The translations under genes and the position numbers were made by a program. Below, piece by piece: positions 10,184 to 19,262 of a DNA stretch of 64,000 nt. Under the pieces are notes generated by a model, which ran no database searches, was not told where the DNA came from, and was given only the letters and a program-made list of their open reading frames with translations. The stretch's first letter is position 1. Each line of letters begins with the position of its first letter. The stretch spans positions 1,062,451-1,126,450 of the forward strand of contig OZ220090.1 in assembly GCA_964291625.2 (NCBI GenBank). The letters are read 5' to 3'. This DNA is from Candidatus Latescibacterota bacterium (lineage in GTDB: Bacteria; Latescibacterota; UBA2968; UBA8231).

Positions 10184-12772
10184 ATGGAGATCCCCATGGA
10201 ACCCGGTTACCCCTTCCTTCGCGAGTACCGCGGCGAGCAGCTCCTCAAGGTGGCCATGCCCCTGGGCGGCATCGGCACGGGCACCGTCTCCCTCGGCGGC
10301 CGCGGCGACCTGCGCGACTGGGAGCTGATGAACCGGCCGTCGAAGGGCTTCGTGCCGAAGCAGGGCGACTCCTGGATCGCCCCAGGGCCCTCGGTCGTGC
10401 TGCACACCCGCGAGGCGTCCTCCGGCCGCCGGCAGACCCGCCTGCTGGAAGGCCCGCTGGATCCCGTCCAGTACGACGGCCAGGCCGGCTGCGCGGTGAA
10501 CAACCACAACCTGCCGCGCATGGAGGCGGCCGTCTTCCGCGCCGCCTATCCCCTGGCCGAGATCGACTTCTCCTGCCGCGACCTGCCGCTGCGGGTCCGC
10601 CTGCAGGCCTTCAACCCCCTGGTCCCGTGCGAGGTCGGCGACTCGAGCCTCCCCGCGGCGGTGCTGCGCTACCGCCTCCGCAACCCGGCGGCCGAACCGG
10701 TGGAGGCCTCCATCGCCTTCTCGCTGCCGAACTTCATCGGCGCCGACCGCTCCCCCCACGAGCCGACCTGCTACGCCACGGCCCACGCCTACGGCCCGCG
10801 GCGCAACGTCAACGAATTCCGCGGCGGCGACGGCCTGCGGGGCCTCTTCCTGCGCTCCGACGGCGTGCCCGCCAACCACCCGGCCTGGGGCACGATGGCG
10901 CTCACCACCACGGCGGCGGACTGCTCCCACCGCACCGCCTGGGCCGATCTGTCCTGGGGCAACACCCTCCTCGACTACTGGGACGACCTGACCGCGGACG
11001 GCGCCGTCGACGAGCGGTCCTCGGGCCGGGACGACCCCATGGCCACCCTGTGTCCGCGGGTCACGGTCGCCGGCGGCGGTGAGGCCGAGATCCTCTTCCT
11101 GCTCACCTGGCACTTCCCGAACCGCCTGGCCTGGGAGGCGGCGGACCACGTCGACGCGGCGGCCGGCGGCGGTTGCTGCGACGGCGACTGCGCCCCGGAG
11201 CCGCACCCCGAGTTCGTCGGCAACCACTACTGCACGGTCTACGACGACGCCTGGGACGCGGCCGAGCGCGAGATCGGACGGCTCGACGACCTGGAGGCGC
11301 GCACCGTGGGCTTCGTCTCCGACTTCCTGGCCGCCGACGTGCCCGGCGTGATCCGCGAGGCGGCGCTCTTCAACCTGTCGACCCTGCGCACCCAGACCTG
11401 CCTGCGCACCGCCGACGGCCACTTCTTCGGCTGGGAGGGTTGCCACGACACGCAGGGCTGCTGCCGCGGCTCCTGCACCCATGTGTGGAACTACGAGCAG
11501 GGCCTCGGCTTCGTCTTCGGCGAGCTGTCGCGGAACATGCGCCACGTCGAGTTCGCCCACGCCACCACCGACCGCGGTCAGGTGCAGACGCGCATCGCCC
11601 TGCCCCTCCAACGGCCCCCGGAGCGTCCCTTCCTCGCCGCCGCCGACGGCCAGCTCGGCGTGATCATGCGGTTCTACCGCGACTGGCAGCTCAGCGGCTC
11701 CCGGGAGCTGTTCGACGCCCACTGGCCGCGGGTCCGCTCGGCCCTCGAGTTCTGCTGGATCGAGCACGGCTGGGACGCCGACCAGGACGGGGTCATGGAG
11801 GGCTGCCAGCACAACACGATGGACGTGGAGTACTTCGGCCCCAACCCGCAGATGGGGTTCTGGTACCTCGGGGCCCTGCGCGCCGGCGAGGAGATGGCCG
11901 GCCATGCCGGCGACGCCGCCCTGGCCGAACGCTGCCGGGCGCTGTTCGAGTCCGGCAAGGCCTGGATCGAGGCGCACCTGTTCAACGGCGAGTACTTCGA
12001 GCACCGCGTCGTCCCCCCCGGCGCCGGCGCCGCCATCGATCCCGGGATCATCGGCAACCCGGAGCGCGGCGACCTCGACGACCCGGCCCTGCAGCTCGGT
12101 CCCGCCTGCCTCGTGGACCAGCTCGTGGGACAGTACATGGCCCACGTCTGCGGCCTCGGGGACCTGGTCGATCCCAGCCTCGCCCGCACCACCCTGCGCA
12201 GCATCAAGGCCCACAACTGGCGCGACTCCTTCCTCGGCCACTTCAACCACTTCCGCAGCTACGCCGTCGGCGACGAGAAGGGGCTGCTCATGGCCAGCTA
12301 CCCCCGCGGCGACCGCCCCCGGCAGCCCTTCCCGTACTGCAACGAGCTGATGACGGGGTTCGAGTACAGCACCGCCGTGCACATGCTCTACGCCGGCCTG
12401 GAGGAGGAGGGCCTGGAGTGCTTCGCCGCCGTCCGCGACCGCTACGACGGCCGCCGCCGCAACCCCTTCGACGAGGCCGAGTGCGGCCACCACTACGCCC
12501 GCGCCCTGGCCAGCTGGGGCGGGCTTCTGGCGTGGTCGGGGTTCGGCTACTCCGCCGTCACCGGCGCCCTGCGCCTGGGCCGGGAGGGGACCTTCTTCTT
12601 CTCCACGGGAAACGCCTGGGGCACCTATACCCTCGAGGGGGGCCGCCTGAGCCTCACCGTGAAGGGCGGGCAACTGCGCCTGACGAGCGTGGCCATCGAC
12701 GGCGGCCCCGAGGTCCCGGTCCCCGAGCCGGTGGTGCTCACCGAGGGCCGGGACGTGTCGGTCCCGGTGTGA
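10184..12772 (+). CDS. GH116 glycoside hydrolase (non-lysosomal glucosylceramidase-like)
   Basis: MPLGGIGTG, GSCTHVWNY, AADGQLG, QHNTMD, NPFDEAECGHHYAR; start may be 10196. Confidence 0.92.
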   Translation: MEIPMEPGYPFLREYRGEQLLKVAMPLGGIGTGTVSLGGRGDLRDWELMNRPSKGFVPKQGDSWIAPGPSVVLHTREASSGRRQTRLLEGPLDPVQYDGQAGCAVNNHNLPRMEAAVFRAAYPLAEIDFSCRDLPLRVRLQAFNPLVPCEVGDSSLPAAVLRYRLRNPAAEPVEASIAFSLPNFIGADRSPHEPTCYATAHAYGPRRNVNEFRGGDGLRGLFLRSDGVPANHPAWGTMALTTTAADCSHRTAWADLSWGNTLLDYWDDLTADGAVDERSSGRDDPMATLCPRVTVAGGGEAEILFLLTWHFPNRLAWEAADHVDAAAGGGCCDGDCAPEPHPEFVGNHYCTVYDDAWDAAEREIGRLDDLEARTVGFVSDFLAADVPGVIREAALFNLSTLRTQTCLRTADGHFFGWEGCHDTQGCCRGSCTHVWNYEQGLGFVFGELSRNMRHVEFAHATTDRGQVQTRIALPLQRPPERPFLAAADGQLGVIMRFYRDWQLSGSRELFDAHWPRVRSALEFCWIEHGWDADQDGVMEGCQHNTMDVEYFGPNPQMGFWYLGALRAGEEMAGHAGDAALAERCRALFESGKAWIEAHLFNGEYFEHRVVPPGAGAAIDPGIIGNPERGDLDDPALQLGPACLVDQLVGQYMAHVCGLGDLVDPSLARTTLRSIKAHNWRDSFLGHFNHFRSYAVGDEKGLLMASYPRGDRPRQPFPYCNELMTGFEYSTAVHMLYAGLEEEGLECFAAVRDRYDGRRRNPFDEAECGHHYARALASWGGLLAWSGFGYSAVTGALRLGREGTFFFSTGNAWGTYTLEGGRLSLTVKGGQLRLTSVAIDGGPEVPVPEPVVLTEGRDVSVPV

Positions 12773-12825
12773 TCCCGCCTATCCCCTCTCGATGCGGGGC
12801 GGCGGCGCCACGGATGGGGAGTCGG

Positions 12826-13800
12826 TCACGCCTGCGTCAATTCGAGGCTCTGCGGTGCAATCGCTTCGGACATGTAGAGCGATCCTGCCGCGTACTCCTC
12901 AAGCAGATCCTGAACCTCGGCGATCTCGGACAGGCGATCGAATCGCACACGTCCCTCCTCGATGGCGGCGACGAGAATATCCTGCGGCTCGAACTGGCTG
13001 ATGAGAACGGGCGAGTGGGTGGCGAGGAACACCTGCTTGTTCCACTGTCCGACGGCTTCCTTGACGGCCTTCGCGAAGACGGCGATAGCCCACGGATGCA
13101 GTGACGTTTCCGGCTCGTCGAACAACAGGACCGATTCCCTCTCTCCTTCCGAGAAGAGCGCGATGAGCAGAAGCAGCAATTGCAGGTGCCCATCGCTCAC
13201 CTCGGACGCGAGTATCCCCTCACGGCGCCCTTGCTCAAGGAAGCTGGCGTAGACCGAACTTGGTCCGGTCTGTTCCAGCGCGATGCCGTCGAAGGTGGGG
13301 AATGCCTCGCTCATGCACCGCATGATCGTGCCGTGGCGAGGGTCGATTCTCTGTTTGTCCTGGAGGTTCCTGAGCACGGACCAGGCGTTGCTTCCAGGGT
13401 CCGAGAGCAGGGTCTCGCGGCTGCTTTCGGATCCGCTCTTCTTGAGGCGCGAAAGGCGGAAGGATCTGGAACGATACCGACGAACATGGTGCAGCAGGCG
13501 ATCCAGAGACCCGGCCTCGGCATCTCCTGGATTGAAGGTGACGCCGCCGGCCGTCAGCTCGACCTCGATATCCTGATCGGCGTCTGCTCTGTCCCGCAGA
13601 GTCTCAATGCTGTGCCCCCGCTCGGAAGACGCAGATTCGACACCCTGGATCGCGCAGTCCCTGAAGAAGCAGAGTGTGTCGAGCAAGGTGGATTTTCCGG
13701 CGCCGTTCGGACCGCAGACGACGTTGATCTGACCCAGGTCGAGATCGACGTCAGCGAGAGCGCGGTAGTTCCTGACGCGAATCCTCGTCAGGCCGCTCAA
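12826..13800 (-). CDS. AAA_21/SMC-like ABC-type ATPase
   Basis: RIRVRNYRAL, Walker A GPNGAGKS, signature VSDG, Walker B LLFDEPETSLHP, ATHSP; TTG start overlaps upstream TGA; lower GC than neighbours. Confidence 0.88.
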   Translation of the reverse strand: MSGLTRIRVRNYRALADVDLDLGQINVVCGPNGAGKSTLLDTLCFFRDCAIQGVESASSERGHSIETLRDRADADQDIEVELTAGGVTFNPGDAEAGSLDRLLHHVRRYRSRSFRLSRLKKSGSESSRETLLSDPGSNAWSVLRNLQDKQRIDPRHGTIMRCMSEAFPTFDGIALEQTGPSSVYASFLEQGRREGILASEVSDGHLQLLLLLIALFSEGERESVLLFDEPETSLHPWAIAVFAKAVKEAVGQWNKQVFLATHSPVLISQFEPQDILVAAIEEGRVRFDRLSEIAEVQDLLEEYAAGSLYMSEAIAPQSLELTQA

Positions 13801-15710
13801 GAAGAGACCTCCACGGAGCTCACCGCCCCGGCCCGTCCCATGGCGTTGACGGCGCGCGCCTCCAGGCGGTTCTCGCCGGTGTGCAGAGGCCAGGCGAAGG
13901 AGGCGGGGCGCGCCTCCCAGCCGCCGGCGTCGACGCGCACCTCGAAGCGCTCGAAGTTGGGACAGACGGCCTCCAGATCGACGCGCAGCTCCGGCCCGCC
14001 GCCGGCCTGCAGGTGGATGCGGGTGCGGTCCACGTCCCAGTAGAGGTCGGCCTCGCGGTCGGTGTGTCGGCTGAACCAGGGCAGGGCCGGGGTCTTGTCG
14101 TCCTCCCAGAACAGGTAGCCGTCGTAGTGGTAGGAGCCGGCGCCGTGCTCGGGCTCGCCCGGGCTCAGGGTGGCGGGCTCGTCGTTGCGGCGGTTGATCA
14201 TGAACCGCATCCACAGGTGGATCCGGTTCTCCACGTTGAAGCGCTCGCCCGTGGCCTCCGGGGGCGGCGGGCTGACGCGGATGTCGTCGAGGTCGTCGTT
14301 CACCCAGGCCGTGTGGGCCTCCAGGGCGGTCAAGGGGACTCCGTGGCGCTCGAAGTGGTAGGTGAACTTGGTGGCGTCGTTGCTGTCGCCGCCGGGATCC
14401 ATGGTCACCCACTTGCCGTAGTCGTTCGACCAGACCTCGGTGATGCAGTGGGAGCGCATGATCTGGGTGCGCGCCGTGAACCCGAGGGCGGCGCAGCACT
14501 GGGTGAAGACGGAGGCGTAGTGGGTGCACATGCCGAGGGCCAGCTGCTGGCCGGCCAGCTCGAGGATGACCAGGGCGTCCCAGGGCGGGCAGTAGTTCAG
14601 GCCCCCCATGTTCCAGCCGTCCTCCCACTGCTCGCGGACCCACTGGCGCAGGCGCGTCAGGGCCTCGAACTCGGTCTTGGCCGGGCCCACCACCTGGTCG
14701 AGCTTCCAGCGCTCGCGCAGGAGCTTCGCCCGGGGCTCGTCGGCGCCCATGTACGAGAACCGCCAGGAGCTGTACGCCAGGGGGCGGTTGTCCGCTTCCG
14801 CCAGCCGGACGGCGGCGGACTCCCGCGCCTCGACCCGTGCCGACAGGCGGGCCCCGGTCAGGGTCGGGGTCACCGCCGGGTCGGCGGTCGACAGCAGGGC
14901 CCGCCACTGGAAGAACCGGGCGCCCTCCGGCACCTGTGCCTCCCCCTCCAGCGGCGCCCAGGCGCTCCAGGCCGCGGGCTCGTACGCCGGCGTCGGACCG
15001 GCCCGCCACTCGAGGCGGCGGCTCGTGCCCTCGGGCTCGCGCCCCTCCAGCTCGACGCGCACGCCGAGGGCGGCGCCGTCCATGGCGATCCCCCCCTCCT
15101 CGCGGCCGAGCAGGTCCACCGCCTCGGAGCAGATCTCGCCGGCGGCCATGTGCTGGTCGAGCCACAGGCGCACCACGTACTCGCCGTCGGCGCGGTCGTT
15201 CACGCCGAGCTCGTCGGAGCGCCAGGTCTGTCCGCCGTCGTCGCTGACCTCGCTGCGGTCGGGCTGCACGCTCTCCTCGACGAGCACCGTCCACTCGGCG
15301 TCGCCCACGGCGCGCAGCACGACCTCGTTCTCCCCCTCCCGCAGCCACGCGGGATCGATCTCCACGGCGCGCCAGCGGTCGACCCAGTACTCGCGCTTCT
15401 CCTCCCACGCGAAGCGGGTCGCGTGCCCGTTGACCAGCGCCTCCAGCTCGCCGCCGGTCCGGTCGCAGGAGAGGTAGCCGATCAGCTTCGCCCCGGAGGC
15501 CGACACCGGGCCGAGGACCAGGCCCTTGCGGATCCACCGCCCCCCGGCGATGCGCTCCAGGTCGCGGTTGTTGCAGCGCGCCGCCTCGTCGGCGGCCATC
15601 TCGCCGCGGCGCAACTGCAGGCCGCCGTCGCGGCGGACCACGTTGCGGCGGGTGCAGCGGTCGAGGGCCTCGGGGCCTTCCCATGCTCTCGTGGTCGTCG
15701 TCTCGGACAT
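13797..15710 (-). CDS. Transglutaminase-like domain protein
   Basis: Cys-His-Asp triad pattern GMCTHY...SHCITEVW...WVTMDP; C-terminal Ig-like EARAVNAMG. Confidence 0.8.
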   Translation of the reverse strand: MSETTTTRAWEGPEALDRCTRRNVVRRDGGLQLRRGEMAADEAARCNNRDLERIAGGRWIRKGLVLGPVSASGAKLIGYLSCDRTGGELEALVNGHATRFAWEEKREYWVDRWRAVEIDPAWLREGENEVVLRAVGDAEWTVLVEESVQPDRSEVSDDGGQTWRSDELGVNDRADGEYVVRLWLDQHMAAGEICSEAVDLLGREEGGIAMDGAALGVRVELEGREPEGTSRRLEWRAGPTPAYEPAAWSAWAPLEGEAQVPEGARFFQWRALLSTADPAVTPTLTGARLSARVEARESAAVRLAEADNRPLAYSSWRFSYMGADEPRAKLLRERWKLDQVVGPAKTEFEALTRLRQWVREQWEDGWNMGGLNYCPPWDALVILELAGQQLALGMCTHYASVFTQCCAALGFTARTQIMRSHCITEVWSNDYGKWVTMDPGGDSNDATKFTYHFERHGVPLTALEAHTAWVNDDLDDIRVSPPPPEATGERFNVENRIHLWMRFMINRRNDEPATLSPGEPEHGAGSYHYDGYLFWEDDKTPALPWFSRHTDREADLYWDVDRTRIHLQAGGGPELRVDLEAVCPNFERFEVRVDAGGWEARPASFAWPLHTGENRLEARAVNAMGRAGAVSSVEVSS

Positions 15711-15723
15711 CGTCTCCTCCCTT

Positions 15724-17076
15724 TCAGCGCACGAGCCGGCGGAAGGACTCCTCCACCAGCTCGCACTCGATCAGCTCGTCCAGCCGCTCCCGCCGCAACC
15801 CGTCGGCGATGACGGCGAAGCTCCCGCGGACCGCCTCCTCTGTGCGATCGAGGGCCTCCTCGTCGTCGTGGGCGGTGTTGAAGAAGAACCCCTGCGACAG
15901 GATCACGCCGCGGCGGGCGTTCTCCTGCACGAAGAGGGTGGCCACCTTCGGCATCAGCTCGGCGGGCACGTCGAAGCGGATCCCCGGGTGGGCGGAGACG
16001 CCCACGCACCTGGCCGGCGCCCCGGTCTCGGCGGCGGCGGCCTCGACGCGCCGGCGGAAGTCGCTGCCGAGGCGCTCGAAGAGGGCGGGCGCGTCGAGCC
16101 GCTCCAGCTCCCGCACCGTGGCCAGGGCGGCGGCGGTGCCCACGTTGTCGTCCCAGTAGGCGCTGGAGATGAACATCCGCGCCATCGGCTCCATCACCTC
16201 CCGGCGGCCGACGACGGCGGCCATGGGGTAGCCGTTGGAGATCGCCTTGGCGAAGACGGTCATGTCCGGGGTCACGCCCACGACCTCCTGCACGCCGCCG
16301 AGCCCGATGCGCCAGCCGCAGGAGACCTCGTCGAAGATGAGCACCGCGCCGTACTGGTCGGCCAGCCGGCGGACCCCCTCCAGGTAGCCCTCCGGCGGCA
16401 GCTCGGTGCGCATCGGCTCCATGATGATGCAGGCCACCTCGTCGCCGTGGGCCTTCAGCAGGTCCTCGAGCTGGTCGAGGTCCCCGTAGGCGAAGGGCAC
16501 CGACGAGCCCTCGAGGGCCCGGGGCACGCCGATCGGCTCGATGCCGTTGAAGAGGTGCCCGTCGAGGCGCTCGGAGCCGAGGTTGGCCGCCAGGTACCAG
16601 TCGTGCCACCCGTGGTAGCCGCTGAAGAGGACCTTGTCGCGGCCGGTGACGCCGCGGGCGATGCGCACCGCCACGGTGCAGGCCTCGCCGCCGCCCTTGG
16701 CGTAGCGCACCATCTCCGCCGACGGCACGAGGCGCACCAGCAACTCGGCCAGCTCCACGGCCGACTCGTGGACGATGGAGTAGATGGAGCCGCGCTCGAT
16801 CTGCTCCTTCACGGCGGCGTCGACCACGTCGTTGGCGTAGCCGAGCACGATCGGCCCCACGGCGCTGAACCAGTCGACGTACTCGTTGCCGTCCACGTCC
16901 CAGATGCGGCAGCCCTTGGCGCGCTCGGCGTAGATCGGGCTGACGCCTAGGGCGGCCCTCGTGGGCCGGCGGCTGATCAGCTGGGTGGCGCCGGGGATCA
17001 CCCGGCGGGCTCGTTCGTAGATCTCGAGGGACCGCCCCACCTGGGGCGGCGCTTCGACTGCGGGATGGGTCGTCAT
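15724..17076 (-). CDS. Aminotransferase class III (glutamate-1-semialdehyde aminomutase-like)
   Basis: WDVDGNEYVD, GYHGWHD, LIFDEV, FAKAISNGYP; ATGA coupling. Confidence 0.92.
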   Translation of the reverse strand: MTTHPAVEAPPQVGRSLEIYERARRVIPGATQLISRRPTRAALGVSPIYAERAKGCRIWDVDGNEYVDWFSAVGPIVLGYANDVVDAAVKEQIERGSIYSIVHESAVELAELLVRLVPSAEMVRYAKGGGEACTVAVRIARGVTGRDKVLFSGYHGWHDWYLAANLGSERLDGHLFNGIEPIGVPRALEGSSVPFAYGDLDQLEDLLKAHGDEVACIIMEPMRTELPPEGYLEGVRRLADQYGAVLIFDEVSCGWRIGLGGVQEVVGVTPDMTVFAKAISNGYPMAAVVGRREVMEPMARMFISSAYWDDNVGTAAALATVRELERLDAPALFERLGSDFRRRVEAAAAETGAPARCVGVSAHPGIRFDVPAELMPKVATLFVQENARRGVILSQGFFFNTAHDDEEALDRTEEAVRGSFAVIADGLRRERLDELIECELVEESFRRLVR

Positions 17077-18140
17077 ATCGAGTAGCGCTCCAGCTTCTCC
17101 TCGTCCACGTCGACGCCGAGACCGGGCCCGTCGGGCACGGCGATCCGGCCCTGCCGGAAGACCAGCGGCTCGGCGAGCACGTCGTCCACCAGGCCGTGGT
17201 AGCAGGTGTCGCTGGGTCCGGAGAAGTTCGGCGTCGACGCGGCCAGGTGGGTGATGGCCACGGTCTTGAGCCCCAGGTCGTGGGAGCAGTGCATCAGGCA
17301 GGGCACGCCGAAGCCCTCGGCCACGCGCGCCACCTTCTGCACCGGCAGCACGCCGCCGGCGGCGGGGGTGTCCGGCATCAGGTAGTCGCCGGCGCCGGAA
17401 TGGAGCAGGGGCACGGCGCTCTCGGGGCCGGTCACGCCCTGGTTGACGAGGATCTCCATGCCCGCCTCCTCGCGGCAGCGCACCAGGACCTCGGCGTGCT
17501 CGCCGTCGCAGGGATCCTCGAAGCGGTTGACCCCCACCGCCTTCATCTTCTCCATCACCTCGAAGGCGCCTTCGGGGCCGTAGCCGCCGTTGGCGTCGGG
17601 CCGCAGCTCGGCTTCGCCGTCGATCTCCCGGACCACCGCCTCGGCGATGGGCAGGTCCTGGCCGGGGTCGTTGCCGGCCTTGGTCTTGAGAGAGGTGAAG
17701 CCCCAGCGGTCGACGTACTCGCGGGCCGTGGCCGCCGACTCGGAGGGCTCCTTCAGGCCCATGCAGGCCGTGAACTCCGCCTCCTCGCGCAGGCGCCCCC
17801 CGAGGAGGCTGCACAGGGGCAGGCCGGCGCGCTTGCCGAGCAGGTCCCACAGGGCCATCTCCACTCCGGAGGCGGGACCGGCTCCGACTCCCGCCGCCTT
17901 CATGGCCGCCAGGGCGCCCTCCACGTCGTCGGCGCGGCGCCCGGTCAGCAGGTCAACGGCGGCCGGCTCCAGGCGGGCGGTGCCCTCCCCCCAGCCGGTG
18001 AGGCCGTCGTCGGTGTCGACGCGCACGATGAGGGCCGTGCCGCCCAGGGTGCCGCCCCCTCCCCCGCGGCCGACGTAGGGACCGACGGGCGGCGCGTAGG
18101 GGATGTGGACGGTCCAGCTCTTCAGGGCCCGGATCTTCAC
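17073..18140 (-). CDS. Mandelate racemase/muconate cycloisomerase family enzyme
   Basis: GWGE, EMALWDLLGK, KxK (LKTK), DANG, EDP, GPGLGVDVD; GTG start after GAGGAG. Confidence 0.9.
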   Translation of the reverse strand: MKIRALKSWTVHIPYAPPVGPYVGRGGGGGTLGGTALIVRVDTDDGLTGWGEGTARLEPAAVDLLTGRRADDVEGALAAMKAAGVGAGPASGVEMALWDLLGKRAGLPLCSLLGGRLREEAEFTACMGLKEPSESAATAREYVDRWGFTSLKTKAGNDPGQDLPIAEAVVREIDGEAELRPDANGGYGPEGAFEVMEKMKAVGVNRFEDPCDGEHAEVLVRCREEAGMEILVNQGVTGPESAVPLLHSGAGDYLMPDTPAAGGVLPVQKVARVAEGFGVPCLMHCSHDLGLKTVAITHLAASTPNFSGPSDTCYHGLVDDVLAEPLVFRQGRIAVPDGPGLGVDVDEEKLERYSI

Positions 18141-18172
18141 GCTCTCCTCCTCGGCATGCGGGGAATCCATGC

Positions 18173-19258
18173 TCAATCGATGGGCTCGTACTTCGGCTGC
18201 CTCGGGGCGCGTTCGCGCTCGAGGCGGTAGGGACGGCCGGCCTGCAGGGGCAGTTCCACGCGGGCGCCGCCGCACACGTGGGACTCGATGAAGGCGAAGA
18301 TCAGCTCCGTGTTGGTGCGCGCCAGGCGCGCGCCTCCCCGGGGGGGCTCCCCGGTGTCGAGACTGTGCACGAGATCCTCGATCAGGCACACGGTCGAGCT
18401 CTTGCGCTGGTACTCCGGGAAGGGGCTGCGGCCCAGCACCGGGCGCCCCCGGTGGTCCTTCCCCTTGGGCTCCCGGATCTCCCACTCCTCGCCGTTCTGC
18501 ATCGCCGTGGCCACGCCGCCGCTGCAGATTGCCTCGATCTCGGAGCCGCGGCCGCTGTTCAGGGCGTAGGCGGTGACCCCGTCCTCGAACTGCAGGATCC
18601 CGTGGCCGACGGGGTCCTCGCTCAGCCGATCGCCGTCGATGACGCCGTCGCCCTCGGGCAGGTGGGCCTGCACCCAGGCCACGGGGCGGTCCGAGTGCAG
18701 GCGCAGGATCAGGTCGAAGCCGTGGCTGGCGCTGTTGAAGAGAGTGCCCGTCGAGTGCAGCACCAGCGACTTCAGCCGGCCGATGCGGCCCCCGTCGATG
18801 ACCTCCTTCATGCGGTCGTACCCCGGGTCCCAGCGCCGGTTGGTCCCCATGTTGAGGACCGCGCCGTGGGCCTCGCAGGCCTCGACCATGGCGTCCGCGT
18901 CGGCCAGGGAGGCGGAGAATGCCTTCTCGGCGTAGATGGCGCGGACCCCGTGGGCGGCGGCGAAGACGACGACCTCGCGGCGCTGCTCGGGCTGGGTGGC
19001 GACGCTGAGGATCTCGGGCTTCTCGGCCTCGATCATCCGCCGGTAGTCGGTGTACTGCCGGTCGGCGGGCACCCCGTAGCGGCGCCCCACCTGCTCCATC
19101 ACCTCCGGGCGCAGGTCCGAGCAGGCGACCATGTCGGTGCGCTCGCAGGCTTCGTACCCGGCGGCGTGCGAGTACGGCCGGCGGGCCGGCGGCACCTCGT
19201 TGTCGATGAAGGCCCCCATGCGGCTGCAGCCGACGAGGGCGGCGCGGTAGCGATGCAT
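18173..19258 (-). CDS. Gfo/Idh/MocA family oxidoreductase
   Basis: VGCSRMG, IYAEKA, SHGFD. Confidence 0.88.
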   Translation of the reverse strand: MHRYRAALVGCSRMGAFIDNEVPPARRPYSHAAGYEACERTDMVACSDLRPEVMEQVGRRYGVPADRQYTDYRRMIEAEKPEILSVATQPEQRREVVVFAAAHGVRAIYAEKAFSASLADADAMVEACEAHGAVLNMGTNRRWDPGYDRMKEVIDGGRIGRLKSLVLHSTGTLFNSASHGFDLILRLHSDRPVAWVQAHLPEGDGVIDGDRLSEDPVGHGILQFEDGVTAYALNSGRGSEIEAICSGGVATAMQNGEEWEIREPKGKDHRGRPVLGRSPFPEYQRKSSTVCLIEDLVHSLDTGEPPRGGARLARTNTELIFAFIESHVCGGARVELPLQAGRPYRLERERAPRQPKYEPID

Positions 19259-19262
19259 TTGC

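Noticed and set aside
7802-12673. 1623-aa ORF and other very long ORF-track entries (5820..8747, 12826..15684, 55097..59191)
   Set aside because: High-GC shadow extensions; only the C-terminal parts carry family motifs and have their own RBS or coupled starts
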